This document shows positions 1 through 13,227 of a stretch of DNA of 64,000 bases, piece by piece. The notes under the pieces were generated by a model. That model had not been told where the DNA came from. It saw only the letters and a list, made by a program, of their open reading frames with translations, and made no database searches. The position numbers and the translations under genes were made by a program. Origin of the DNA: Bugula neritina (lineage: Eukaryota; Animalia; Bryozoa). The stretch is from the NCBI GenBank assembly GCA_964035545.1, contig OZ037770.1:3194662-3258661 (forward strand). Direction: 5' to 3'. Numbering within the stretch: the stretch's first letter is position 1; every line of letters starts with the position of its first letter.

Positions 1-396
1 CATTATCTAATGGTTTAGTATAATCTGTCCAAAATTATTTTGACTCAATTGTAACGTTTGCTTGGTTTTTTGAGAGGAGACAAACGTTATATATATATAT
101 CTGAATATTGCACAGCTCTAATACATAATGATTATTACATTTAATTAAAGAAAAACAAAATAGCGGTATTTAAACAGTTAATTTCAATTTTAAATTTTGA
201 ATAGTTATTAATGAATGCATCGAATGGCTATGTTTTATTTTTGTCATTTGATCAATGTTATTGTCTCAACAGAGACAACTGCAGTTTAATCAAAACGAAA
301 AATATGAATAACAGCACTTGAATTATGCAACTCCAAAATTTAAATTTTATTTTTAGAATTAGAGAATTATGTTTCTGAAATTTATTTTCTAGGTTT

Positions 397-511
397 TGAC
401 CTATGACCTGATGACCTAATGACCCTATGACCTGATGACCTAATGACCCTATAACCTGATGACCTGATGACCCTATAACCTTATGACCCTATGACCCTAT
501 AACCTTATGAC
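397..511 (+). repeat. Tandem (TGACC[C]TA/TGACCTGA)n array
   Basis: About 14 imperfect 7-8 bp units read directly. Confidence 0.9.
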
Positions 512-1414
512 ATCTCTCACGTCTTCAGTAATTATACTTGTGTTCGTTGAAATTTATTTATAAAGAAAATTTTAAATTTTGTGTTTATGTGATTGAAAGA
601 CTTTAATTTACTAATTTGCCCCAATTAAATATTTTAGTTTTTTAATGTTGCAAATAACATATTGTTTTAACTATTAGCTCAGCATTCAAGCTACAGTTTA
701 AAATATTCAGTTATAATTATTTGTTGTTTAAAGTTGTTTTAATAAACTTTAACCTGCATAACTCTAATTAATTGCTATTTCTACTATTATTGGCCGTTTC
801 TAACTATAAGTGGTATAATTATGCATTCAAGTTGCTTCCATCAACTTTTATCAAAATGATACATTTAAACTACAAACTTATAAAAAATGTTTTAGGAATA
901 AACCTAATCATGAGCAGGTTGTAAATGATTTTAAACAAAGTAGCTTAATGTTCACCAGCTTTATACGCACTAAACTGAAATATTATTGATCTTTACTTCG
1001 AAACAAAAATAACTTCTATTAAATAAGATATAAACTTGCAGACAAGCCAAGTGTATTATAATATTTGTGATGATAAACAAAACTGTCAAAAATAATTTTC
1101 AAATTGATTTCCTGTTGCTTTGTAATTTACCCAGTGTATGACACAAATTGCATCTGCAGTTTTTTTATCCTCAATAGTGTCATGCAGCACAGCGTATATA
1201 CTAAAACACAGTATATATAAGTTTTCAAAAAATATGCATTAAAACAATATATCATAAAGCAAAGACAATGTCTATTATAATACAATATGTAATAACATAC
1301 AATACACAATTAAGTTTATGTTGCACCAAATTCACAAAAGGAACAGAAACTAGCTAGTAGAATACACTCATATAACTGGCTGCTCATAATTGCTTGCAAA
1401 GGTTTTGCTATAAA

Positions 1415-1488
1415 AACCTTCACCTCTACTGGGATTTGAACCACAGAACTCCGATTTGCAAGCAGGCAAACTAAACGTCGCACCACCA
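1415..1488 (-). mobile_element. tRNA-like SINE head (related sequence at ~19960-20036)
   Basis: Minus strand has A-box-like GGTGGTGCGACG and B-box GGTTCAAATCCC. No complete cloverleaf. Confidence 0.45.
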
Positions 1489-1979
1489 TTAAACACTATT
1501 ATAATTGCAAGACCTCAAAAAGTTCACTTATAATTGCATTATTAAAAAATAGAAATTGCAGTACACTAAATACCATTATGTAAAAAAAGTCTTTAGTTAG
1601 AAAGTGCTAAAAATACAAATCACTTTAGCAGACGTGAGATATGAGCACGTAGCAGCATTTCAACTCGGCAGATGTCTCTCATTATTACCAATTGTTCTGT
1701 GATTATTGTAATAGATGCTGGTTTAGAACGTGACAAAACATTTATCTACTCTTGGCAAAATACCACATGATTTCGAGTAGTCCTCAGCACACTAAGTAGA
1801 CTGAGTTCTAGCTTTACTTAACAATAATCATAAGTCATCTATATATGGGACACTTAAATGAGTACTATATATCGATTGTTTATCTATTATACCAAGGCTA
1901 TAGATTACTTGCATGGTTGTATATTTATAACGTCAAGCTTTCCAGTGTTTGACAATTTGCTTACAAATTCGGTAATAGA

Positions 1980-4900
1980 ATGACTGACTTAAAGACAAGT
2001 TTCACTTTTGTTGGTAAGTATAATAGACACTACAAAATTTCTATTTTTTTATAACTTCCACTAACTGAAAAAAGTTCCAGTTATACTATAATAATTATAG
2101 TATAACTGGAACTTTTTTCAGTTATTGTTTGTTCACAGCTTAATTTCTGACTTCACTGGTAATGCTGGTATTTGATCACAGAAATAGACTTATTTGGTGT
2201 ACAGCTTATAGATTGTCAAATTTAATAATTATTTAACTGGGAAAAATATTTTAGCTTCAGGGTATTTTATTTTTACCAGCTCGCAAGTGGCTTTTACATC
2301 TTTTTTTGAAAGCAAAAATTTACAAGTTAATTTGCATTTATAAAGTTGCATGTATAATATATTGCCTTTTTTATTGTTAATTGAAAGTTCAACTGCGCGT
2401 TCACATCAAATGTGTTTAACTAGTTATGAGTCAGGTATAAAACATACATAAAATCAACAGGATATTAAACTGATTTGCACATGCTCCATACTTTATTTTT
2501 TTTAAAAGTAGGCCTACATAATAATATATTACTAGCCCTTGACTGCATTTATATGTAAGTATTTGGAAAAAACTGCAACACATTGATTAGAGTTAAACTA
2601 TGACCTACAAGTCCTAGGAGAAGTATTGCATATAGATACACTGACAAGCCCCACTGCTGTGCAACAAACATTTATCTTTATTTACCTGTATCTTAGTCTT
2701 CTTGACAGCTAAAGAGAGAAATCTACAGTGGCTTATTTAACCCTAATAATGTAGCATGCAAATGTATGCCTAATAAATGTTTAAAAGCAAATAAAGAATT
2801 AGCATCAATTGTTGTTACCTGGAGAAGTGCATTCTAAAATGCTCTACTGACTATTAGCTTTACCATACATTTTATTATCAGCTGAAAAATTGATTTTCAT
2901 TCTTGCAAAACATAATATGCATGATGATGAAATGTTGAAGCAATTAAATTGCAGTTATGTAATCATTAATTTGTCTTTTTGCAGTTTTAGCTCTGATTGC
3001 TGGGCCTGGCTTGGCTAGCAGGGAATGCAATCTGCACAACTTTAGTATACGTGGAGCTGCTACTTGCGGCTTACAATGGTGGCAGTCTAAAGACCTCGGG
3101 GAAACAATCAGGGTTTCTAATAAAATATCGGAAATTGTCAAAAACCTGGTAAAATCTGTTAATGCTTCTCTTTACGATGAAATAAGTTTTTCTCTTCATG
3201 GACAGATCATGGCTGAGTCAAATGACCCTCTAGCAAAGGTCATTGAGTCTGCTCTTACGGCATTTCCATTCTATGCAAGCATCGCGGCTGACATTCTCTA
3301 CAGCTTGGAGCTGACTCCAGATATGCTGGTGACTTTGAACCTACCAGAAGAACTTGCGACTAAAGAGTTCTTGCAACAGATGACAAAGGAATACTTTGAC
3401 TTTTCTTGTTCATCGTGAGTAAAATTTCATTTGCAAAACGAAATAAACTCAAGTTTCCATTGTACAAAAAGTCTTCATTGGTTCAGTGTATTAAACGATC
3501 TAAAATAAAAACGAATTACTTTAGGTTTCATCATCTCCTACCTGGTATCGTATATTAGCACCACCCACCTATACATTTGAACCAGTCATCTAAATGTTAG
3601 CACCACCCACTTATATTTATAAACCCCACCCATTTGTCTGAAATAAAAAGGAGCTACTTTAAGTTCCAGCATCTCCTACCTAGTTTTGTATATTATAGCC
3701 CCACCCACTTATATATGAGCCCCACCCACTTAAGTATTAGCACCTTCCATCTATATAGTAAAACCTATTACTTCTATAATTATTGACACCACCCACTTAT
3801 ATATTAGCACCAGTCACCTACATATTGGCCCTACCTACTTATATATTAACCACACTTACTTATATATTGGAACTGCTCATTTATAAATAAATAGCACCAC
3901 CCACCTATGTATTAGCACCACCCATTTATATATTAGCACCACCTAATTATATCATGTATGCATTAGCACCACTCACTTATCCATTAGCACCACCCATTTA
4001 TGCATCAGCACCACCCATGCATTTACATATATATTAGCACCACATATATAATATTAATATAATATAGTGAAGTAGCAATTGCATTCCCTAAGAAATTTTT
4101 GCTACTTTATAGTTCCTAGCTTTCTTGCATTGCTGAACAAATGCTTCTTTGCACTTAAAAATAAATAAAAAATAAGATGGCATATAATATGGGGTAAAAT
4201 TATGCTTTATCAGACATATGCATGTAAAGTCTATATTCAAATTGAATGACAATATTGTAGGTTTGGACTTGAAAGTGTGGTGAGCTGTACAAGGAGATGG
4301 GTAGTCCGCAACTGTAGAAATGGCGAGGATGACGTGCAGCAAGTAGCCAACTTGCTGAATCACCTCTTGAATGAATACTGCTACAACCGCTTTGCTAAAT
4401 CCAGCGTGTTAACCAGTAAGTCTTCAGCAATAGCATTTGATAAATTTTGATGTCAATAATTATTTTTAAATAAATCTCTCGCTTCTATATTATAGTTATT
4501 TGCTATACTGCAGGCTGTAGCTTTATAGGAACAAAAACTTTTTATATACCTGCGAGGTTCTTTATGTAATTACATATTCAATATTGATCCAATAAAAAAG
4601 TTGTTTGATAATATTTCAGCTTTCAACAGAGATTTTGGAGAGATTGGCAAAGCAGTGGTAGATTTTTACTGGGCTGAAGTGAACCAGACAGACTTGCACC
4701 AGCTGCCTCTGTCAAACACCTCTATTCTCGCAGATATCCTTTCTGGCTTTGATATGATAGTGCCACCTGATTTTAGTGCTTGCAGTCAGCTTGCTGAGCA
4801 ACTGATTGCAGGAATTTCTAAAATGAGCAGCCCTTTTAGCAATGTCGGGGTTGGCACAGCTCTAGAGAGTCTATCAGGGTAAGCAGTTTAAATATTAACA

Positions 4901-5683
4901 TTTGACATGCACTAGAATTTAACTTGAAAGCGGTTTTATTTGAGGTGCAGTAATGGAGAAATTGAGAAGATCCCGTGTAGCTCTAGATTATAATTTCAGC
5001 ATAACAAGTTATGCTCTCAAAAAATTTTGCACTTTTGCAAAACTAAAAGTTAGTAAAAAATTAAAGAACTTAGGCTATCTCAGTTTCTTCACTATATAAT
5101 AACTGCTCCTGTAAAAGTTTTTTCTGTCTTGAAACTCCTGAAAAATGAATTATCTTTTCTCAGTACAACTTAACTACTAATCTTGAAATATTGTGTTCAA
5201 TTTTGCCAAATTTAAAACACAAACTTGAAGTTACAATCTCCATGCTGCATGCTATTTCTTTATGGTATAGCATAGGCAGAGATTCTTAACTCTATATTAA
5301 AGAAATTTTTAATTTGAAGTCATGCAATGTGCATATTTTTAATTATGTTGTAAAAATTTCCCGTTTAAATACATCAACAGCATTTTTGGCTACTTTATTT
5401 TTCATTAGCACATATTAACATTTATTCACATATCATAAACTACATTATATATGACTAATCAAGCTAGCACACACAAACACACTGTATGTAGCAGGTTTTA
5501 TAGCAATGTCACCTGATTTATAATTCTAGAAAAATAGGAAGCTATATGGAATGTGTCCTTGACACGATACCTGAGGTATTTCCAGCTCTGGCTACTCAGA
5601 GTTCTCGTGAAAAGTACACCCTCTTCTTCAGACGTTTAGGCCTGTACAGATATGTTCAGCATCTCGATGTCACACAGGGATAG
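1980..5683 (+). CDS. Family copy 1: secreted 8-Cys protein (RGM N-domain-like module), 5 exons, ~343 aa, no GPI tail
   Basis: Exons 1980-2013, 2985-3414, 4261-4415, 4620-4878, 5530-5683. All junctions are GT-AG, phases 1,2,1,2, total 1032 nt, open frame. Starts with a signal-peptide-like MTDLKTSFTFVVLALIAGPGLA-S and ends ...FRRLGLYRYVQHLDVTQG*. Confidence 0.88.
2062..2124. repeat. Perfect 63-bp hairpin (31-bp arms, 1-nt loop) in intron 1 of copy 1
   Basis: TAACTGAAAAAAGTTCCAGTTATACTATAAT-A-ATTATAGTATAACTGGAACTTTTTTCAGTTA. Confidence 0.92.
3550..4045 (+). repeat. ~20-bp minisatellite (TATATTAGCACCACCCACTTA-like) in intron 2 of copy 1
   Basis: About 20 degenerate units. Confidence 0.85.
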
Positions 5684-8095
5684 TTCACCTGACAATAAAA
5701 CTAATCTGCATGTAATAACGTGTTTACTTACTGCCAAGCTAGCTTTCTACATATTATAATATAATAACATTATAATGTATTTGTTTGCACTGCCTATATC
5801 ATGTTTTGCTAGAATATGATTCACTTATTAATTTGAAATGTATTTTGTTTTACTTATAATGTCGAAATATTAAAGTTTGTACTAAATAATCAATGAACAA
5901 ATCAATAATTCAAAATACAGAAATAAAATAAAAGCTTTTTCTCAAATGACTAATTATCTAATAAGTTTTGCATTACCTTTTATCAGGTGCAATACTTGTT
6001 CAGCTACATCTACCTGATATATACATATCCTATAATGTTACTAACTATAGTATGCAGAAACATATCCTACATGCGGTACTCAATATGTTTAACAGATTTA
6101 TAAACTCTGTCTGCAAATTGTTGTACTGCATTGGAAAATGATTTCATTTATGTAACTTTAATAAAAAATTGAAATAGGTTATATAAAGTGTAAGTCGCCT
6201 ACTTCTTTCTATTGATTAATAAAGTGAAACATTTATGAAAAGCCAAGTGCATGACATAAATTTGAAAAATTGTTACATAGTAATATCATGAATACATAAA
6301 TTGTTTTCCAGTAAAGGAATATTTTGCAAACTGTGAACTATATATAACTGTTTTTACCATTGAGTAATATTCATCAAAACAAGGAACATGAGGTTATATA
6401 AGCTTTCACATCTCGATAGACTTTGTTCTTAGATTGTGATATAACATTTGATGTTATAGTATACTCTCTATATATAATTATTATAGTGCCAAGGGTTCTC
6501 TCAGTAGTTCACACTTTAAAGCAAACCTAAGTTATTATGTGAATATATATAAAGTGACACTAATTCCTATTAAAACAATAAGCTGGTAAATAACTTTATA
6601 TATACCAAGTTTTGCAGTGCATTATTGCATCATTGAAACTCATGGTTTGTATTATTATGCCGTCAATGTTACAACGTCTTTTTTTTGGAACTATTTTATG
6701 AGCAGCTTGGAGTTGAGAGTGAATGAGTGCATTAGCTTGGGGTCCTCAAGCTTTGAGTTGATGGACCTAATTCCAGACTAGAGAACCCCAAACTACTGCA
6801 CTGAGTCATCCCCAATTCCAAGCTGCTTATATAAGAACAATTTGTTTTTCTTTGAACATATATATTTTATAATATCAATTTTACTTCAATAGAATAAATT
6901 ATATTTTTTTAGTCATCAATCTAAAAGTATTTTCTCAATTTTTTGTTCATTAATTAAAAATATTGGCAGTGTTTTCAAAACTTAAAAACGTCATGGAACA
7001 ATTAATTATAGGTACATCCAGAGTTCTTCTATAATATTTATACATAACATTTCCTGCATAGCTGCAATAATTAGTCATAAATCAAATTTTTGAAAAAAAC
7101 AGACGTACAGTTTTTTTAAATTAGCAATAATGCACAAATATATGCAGTTTATAAATTTTTGATAGCTTCAAAAGCGATGCGTAATATAGGCTACAAGAAA
7201 ACATCTGCGCTCAAAAGCAAAACAAGTGAATTGCCAAAATATTTTTTAGTGAATCCTGGCAACAGTTTTCTGTAAATTATAGTTTTAGTAGTTTACGCAT
7301 TTCGTTTGCTAACCACAGTTTTCAGAAGAGTTTTAAAAGAATTTTACGATGATTCTGAATTTTAGATTAATGTGAAAGGGTAGATATTTTATTACTAGTG
7401 TGGTCTGTAGTTTTTATCCACATATTTGAAGTACAGCTTATGTTACGTACTCACTCTTGATCACAGCTAGCAGGATAAAGATAAGTTCTGAAGCTCTATA
7501 AATTAAATTTGAGATGCTAATTAAAACACTATATTTACATCACAAGTCTATAATTATTATGACCCATAGCAATGTAGAGCAGCATATTTAAGCACAAATA
7601 ATAACTTTTAAAGTTGATGTTATGTTGAAAGCAATGAGCACATGGCTAAAGTTTATAAAAAAATGTGTCACTTATAACTATATCAAATTGAAACCCTTTG
7701 ATTAAAATGTCGTTATTATAGTCCTTCTGCTTGTAGTACAATACTATCTAGTAGCAAAGCATAATATGCATTGTCAACAACTAAGAGACAAGGAAATTAC
7801 TCTACTATGCAGGAACTACATAGAATAGCAGAATTATCAGCTGTGAAATTGTCAAGCATATCATATAACCACCATCTGTTCTCTCCTATTGCGCTGTAGG
7901 TTTCACTAGAACGTGCCCGGTGCCTCATGGTGTCATATGAATGATGATTGAAAGATTTATTGTACGCTGAGCTAGCTAGTAAAAAGCACATATTTGGCTA
8001 AAAAGACATTGCAATCTCCAGAGATAACCAAATATATTTTAGGAACTAAAAATGTTATTTTAGAGTTGTCTTATTTTATCATTGTCTTGCAGTTA

Positions 8096-8424
8096 GCCCA
8101 GGGCCACACGGTGCGTATTTTCGCATGCGAAAATTGAAACCACAAGTAGCAAAGGCGTCCACTGTAGCGTCAGTGATGCGTGATAATTAAAGCCTTCATT
8201 TTTAAATCGCACTCGCTTTCAAGAAAACGCAATTTACTGGAATTTAGCACTAAAATAAAGAAATTGGGCTCGCTTAATAATTACCAGCCAATTAGGTGAC
8301 GACGACAGAGACGATTCGCACTTGCGTTGAAAATGCAGAGCGACAAGTGCGAATGTTTTCTCAACGTTTGCTACTTGTGATTTCAATTTTCTTATGCGAA
8401 AATACGCACAGTGTGGCCCTAGGC
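8096..8424. mobile_element. PIF/Harbinger (Tourist-like) MITE, copy 1
   Basis: Long TIRs GCCCAGGGCCACACGGTGCGTATTTTCGCAT... / ...AAAATACGCACAGTGTGGCCCTAGGC; TTA target-site duplication. Confidence 0.85.
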
Positions 8425-8884
8425 TTACTCATGATGCATTCCAATTTTTCTCTCCTATGCAGTACTCTTTTCAGCATGGCTGACACATAAATAGCACCCG
8501 GGCATATTCAAATATATAATCAGCAATCACATGATGGGCATACACCAACAGTATCATAGCCAAACTCTGTGGAATCTGTCTGTTATTATTAGTATGTGAT
8601 AAGTATAAAGGAAATTATTGCTAGGCAAGTTGGCAGGCTATTCGTACCTTGATGGCAGATCACCACAGGGTGTAAGTGCTTTAGCACTTAATACTCTGGT
8701 AGACTTTGTTCTGTAGCTTACCATTTGCTGAACCACTCAAAGACAGCTTCTATATGAAAAACCAATTCGGATAACACTTTTAGTTTTCATTAGGCTGAGG
8801 CTACACATCACTCGTCTAGTTTCATATATTTATAGCAATCAAATTCGTAATCCTGCACAGTTGCCAGACAGAGCTTCATTAAAA

Positions 8885-11418
8885 ATGACCTATCTGAAAG
8901 AGATTTCAGTTCTGATTGGTGAGTAGACTAAATTATATTTAAAAGCATACATTTTAAGTTTGTGTCGAAGTTTTCAACAAACTGGAAAGAGAAAAATATC
9001 TCTTTAGCTTAATACTTGTTTTATTTATTCTATGTGCTCTACTCTTAAAGCTTACTACTTTTTTATATTCGGAAAGTAGGCTCTTATGTTCTTTCAGCTA
9101 GATTCTATGCTGTTGTTTTTTATTATTTATTTGACAAAAAAAGAACATATTTTGTAGCTATTCTTTAAAGTTTTACATCTATATTGTCTCTAATTGGAAG
9201 AATATTTTAACATATTTTTGTCTTCACAAGTTATAAACAGTATATTATTATAAAGCTTAGACTTGAATTGCTTTCTAATGTATCCATCAAAATATCAAAT
9301 GACAACATAAAATGTGGTTACAATTATTAAATTGTCGATTAGTTCATCAGCGAGTTACTTGGTCAGTAAGCTACCCAGGAGTTAGTATTTTCAATTAATT
9401 AACTGAATGCGGCATAAGCCAGGTTCATGTTATATAATCTTTGAAATGTGTAAAATTTTGAGCTCGGTAGAAGTTACCATAATTCCTTCTCATTTGAAAA
9501 AATGATTTTTTTTTTTAATATAACTTAATATATCTGCTACCAACAATTTTAAACGAACTAAATTGCTTTAATGACTTCAAACTTGTCTTGCAGTTTTAGC
9601 TCTGATTGCTGAGCCTGGTTTGGCTAGCAGAGAATGCAATCTGTACAACTTTAGTATGCGGGGAGCTACTACTTGTGGCTTACAATGGTGGCAGTCTAAT
9701 GACCTTGGACAAACAATAGCTGTGACAAACAAGATCTCACACATAGCAAGAAATGTGATGAATACTATTAATGAATCCCTTTACCACGACCTAAATTTGT
9801 CATTGGTTGGACAGATTATGGCTGAGTCAAATGACCCCTTAGCAAAGGTCATTGAGTCTGCTCTTACAGCATTTCCATCCTACGCGAGTCTTCTGACTGA
9901 CATTATGTACAGTTTAGAACTGACTCCAGAAATATTGCAACGTTTCAACCTACCAGAAGAACTTGCGACCAAAGAGTTCTTACAGCTGATGACAAAAGAA
10001 TATTTTGATTTTTCTTGTTCACCGTAAGCTATTTTTTAAATTATTAAATTAATAATACCCAAGAACCTTTATTAATATTTAATTTTCTTTTAATATTCTG
10101 AAAAAACATACAAGGAAAAGGGCTTATAAGTTCTATCATTCTCGCATAATGTATGTTGAATTGCATCATTCCAACTGGTATAAATATGTAGTTTAACACT
10201 GCCCATTTAATACAGTATAGCACTGCCCAATTCTTATAGCTTAGCACTGCCCACTTTTCATAACTTAGCACCGCCCATTTTTTATAGCTTAGCACTGCCC
10301 ACTTTTTGTAACTTAGTATACTGCTCACTTACTATAGACTCCTAATTGTCCACTATACCAGTCCAATCTAAAAACGCAGGCTGAATAATATAAGCTCACA
10401 TTTCATTCTGCATAATACTTATACATGCCTATCTTTTTTAACTTACTTGATTGCAATTTTGTAGGTCTGGGATTAAAAGTGTTGTGAGCTGCCTTATGAA
10501 TTGGGTGAGACTCAACTGTGGGTATGATGACAATGTATATCGAATTGATTACATGCTCAGTAAAGTAGCTAATGAATACTGCGATGGTAGCTCAGCTAAG
10601 CCAGCTGTGTTGACTAGTAAGTTATTAGCATGTATAGTTCCTCATAACTGTATAATACATCAATTATTATTTTATTTTAGATATTATACATTTATTTTTA
10701 GAAAAAAGCTTTGTGGTAAACACGGGACTTTTTTAAAAACTAAAATTTCTTCACAAATGTGAGATTTCGATATTGTAACAGTGTTTTTATAATATTGCAG
10801 CGTTTACCAAAAACTTTGGAGAGATTGGTAAAGCAATGTTGAAGCTTTATGGAATTGAAAAAGATCCAACAAGTCCCTACCAGTTCCGTCTGTCAAGCAA
10901 CTCCCTGCTTGCAGACCTCCTTTCAGGTACCAACGTGACCGTGCCGGGTCTCAGCGCTTGCAGCCAGCCTGTAGTGCAGCTGAACAGAGCGATTGCTGAG
11001 CTGAGCAGCCCTTACAGCATTGTAGGGACTGGCGCGGCTTTAGAAAGTCTATCAAGGTAAGTAATTGAGGCGTTTAGTCACATATGGTAGTTACGAAATG
11101 CTTGTATGAATGTTTGATAGCTATTTCTGTCTCTTGTTACACAGAAAACTGTCTTTTTCTAGCTTAAGTTTACACACACGCACACACACAGCACACATGC
11201 ACATGATTGAAGATTTTGGGCCAAGGACTGTCTCTAAAAACTTGCTTTGTTAATTGATAAATTCCATTTGCAGAGAAATAGATGCCTATAATACAGAATG
11301 CGTCCTCAAATTCATTTCTGAAGTATTTCCAGCCCTGGCTTCTCAAAGTTTTGTAGAAAAGTACACTCTCTCTCTCAGACGTTTAGGAGTGTACAGATCT
11401 GATCAAAGTCTCTTATAA
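8885..11418 (+). CDS. Family copy 2: secreted 8-Cys protein, 5 exons, ~338 aa, no GPI tail
   Basis: Exons 8885-8918, 9594-10023, 10465-10616, 10801-11056, 11274-11418 (1017 nt, open). MTYLKEISVLIVLALIAEPGLA-S...RRLGVYRSDQSLL*. Same intron phases as copy 1. Confidence 0.88.
10190..10332 (+). repeat. 21-bp minisatellite (CTTAGCACTGCCCACTTTTTATAG-like) in intron 2 of copy 2
   Basis: About 6-7 units; they generate the spurious SYKKWAVL ORF. Confidence 0.85.
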
Positions 11419-11717
11419 TCGCACACAACGTGCAGCTTCATATTAACAATGATTTAAATATACCAACGCTAGCTTATATCTATTTACCACTTTGCTTCTG
11501 GTGCAAATACATTATTTTGTAGACTTCTATTATACTATAGTATGAAGTAGCACTCATTATTATATACATGCTTTAATAAAATAAATATATATTCACTGCG
11601 AACAAAAATTATGTATGAAAATAAGCAAATAGCACATAAATAACATGTGCATCAATTACTTGTTATATAGGGTTTGATATTACATTACTATAATACCCCA
11701 AAATACTATATATATAC

Positions 11718-11900
11718 ACCCTGTGAGAATTCCTTATGGAGCAAGTTTTTGTTCAAAACAGAATAAGTCTTTTGTTGAATAGGGCTAAAAACTCATTTAG
11801 ATGAGATACAAGAGCAATTATGACTGAATGTTGCTTTTAACATCACCAAAAGACTTTACTGGGATTTAAACCCATGACTATAATATTGTACAATCCATGT
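11718..11900 (-). mobile_element. Degenerate copy of the same SINE
   Basis: Collinear with 51205-51395 (ccctgtgagaa...gagcaattatgactg.atg...taacatcacca...aaccca). Confidence 0.6.
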
Positions 11901-12493
11901 TATTTTACGACACATATGCTAATGCTTTTATTACTCCAACACACAAACACTCAAGTTACAGTTTGAGCTAAACATTAAATTTCATCTTCAATTAGAGCAT
12001 AACTCCAAATGCAAGTTTTAGTTGGCTGTTTCTAATAATAGTACTTATAATAATTTATATAATTGCACATATGATAGGCTTAAAAGCACAATTCAACACA
12101 CGAGCCGATTTTTGTAATCAAATAATTCAACTGGCTAGTTTGTAAAATATTAGAGTAAACTATGTATTATATAATACAGCCACTATGCATAGTATTCTAT
12201 ATACATGCAGGACACATGCAATGTGCTAACAAGTATAGAAAATAAACAAACAAAACCTCAACTTCAACTTAAAAATGTTTAGATTATGAGTTGCTTATAC
12301 ATATATCCATAAAAATTATAAATTGTTATTCAACATAAGAACTTTTATTTAAGTATGTTAATGCAGATATTTGAATCATTCATTTAATTTGAGTTTCAAT
12401 TTTAGAACAATTATCAACAGGCCTCATGCTTGGATTTGTTAACTCGTGAAAAATTTACTCCATTAGTATACTAAATATATTAAGAGGTAATAT

Positions 12494-13227
12494 TGTAGTG
12501 AACTTACAGTTCACTATAAATTGTGGGTCTACTTATGCAAAGCCACTTCGCCAGGTTTCGTACAAACTGAATAGACTTTATTATTGCGAATAATACAAGA
12601 AATAAAACTGCTAAGCCTAGGGCCACACTGTGCGTATTTTCGCATGCGAAAATTGAAATCACAAGTAGCAAAGGTGTCCACTGTGCGCATTGAGAAAACA
12701 TTCGCACTTGTCGCTTAGCATTCTCAACGCAAGTGCAAATCGCCTGTGTCGTCATCACCTAATTTGCTGGTAGTTATTCAGCGAGCCCAGTTTCTTTATT
12801 TTAGTGCTATATTCCAGTAAATTGCGTTTTATTGAAAGCGAGTGCGATTTAAAAATGAAAGCTTTATTTATCACGCATCACTGACAATACAGTGGACACC
12901 TTTGCTACTTGTGATTTCAATTTTCGCATTCGAAAATACGCACCGTGTGGCTCTAGGATAACTAACACTAGTACACACGATTGCATAATAATAGAGTGAT
13001 TTACACACAACTTTACTTTACTAGAACTCGATCCACTCTGCCGGCTACGCTGCCTAACAAGCTTCCACTAAACATTAGTAGCTCTGCCTGCTAATTAATT
13101 GTTAGTCACATCTCATCGGTCAACACTGTGGTGCCATCCTAACGACATAATGCTGACTGCATCATGTAACTGTCCGTGTGAGAGTTATCCTTTCGATTTA
13201 ACTAATGCATTACTAAACACTCTTACA
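12494..13227 (-). mobile_element. Solo LTR related to the Gypsy LTR at 58672-59168, interrupted by a MITE
   Basis: TGTA...TACA ends, flanks ATAT/ATAG. Collinear similarity to 58672-59168 on both sides of the MITE (e.g. cacttcgccaggttt, actaacacta..cacacgatt.cataata..agagtgattta.acacaactttac). Confidence 0.8.
12615..12958. mobile_element. PIF/Harbinger MITE, copy 2, inverted relative to copy 1 and inserted in the solo LTR
   Basis: Same TIRs with a TAA TSD. The interior is the reverse complement of 8096-8424. Confidence 0.85.

Noticed and set aside
1415-1488. Functional tRNA gene (also 19960-20036 and 51330-51395)
   Set aside because: A B-box is present but the acceptor and anticodon stems do not pair convincingly; SINE heads explain these better.
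3550-4045. CRISPR-like repeat array
   Set aside because: The units are contiguous and degenerate with no unique spacers, and the context is a eukaryotic intron.
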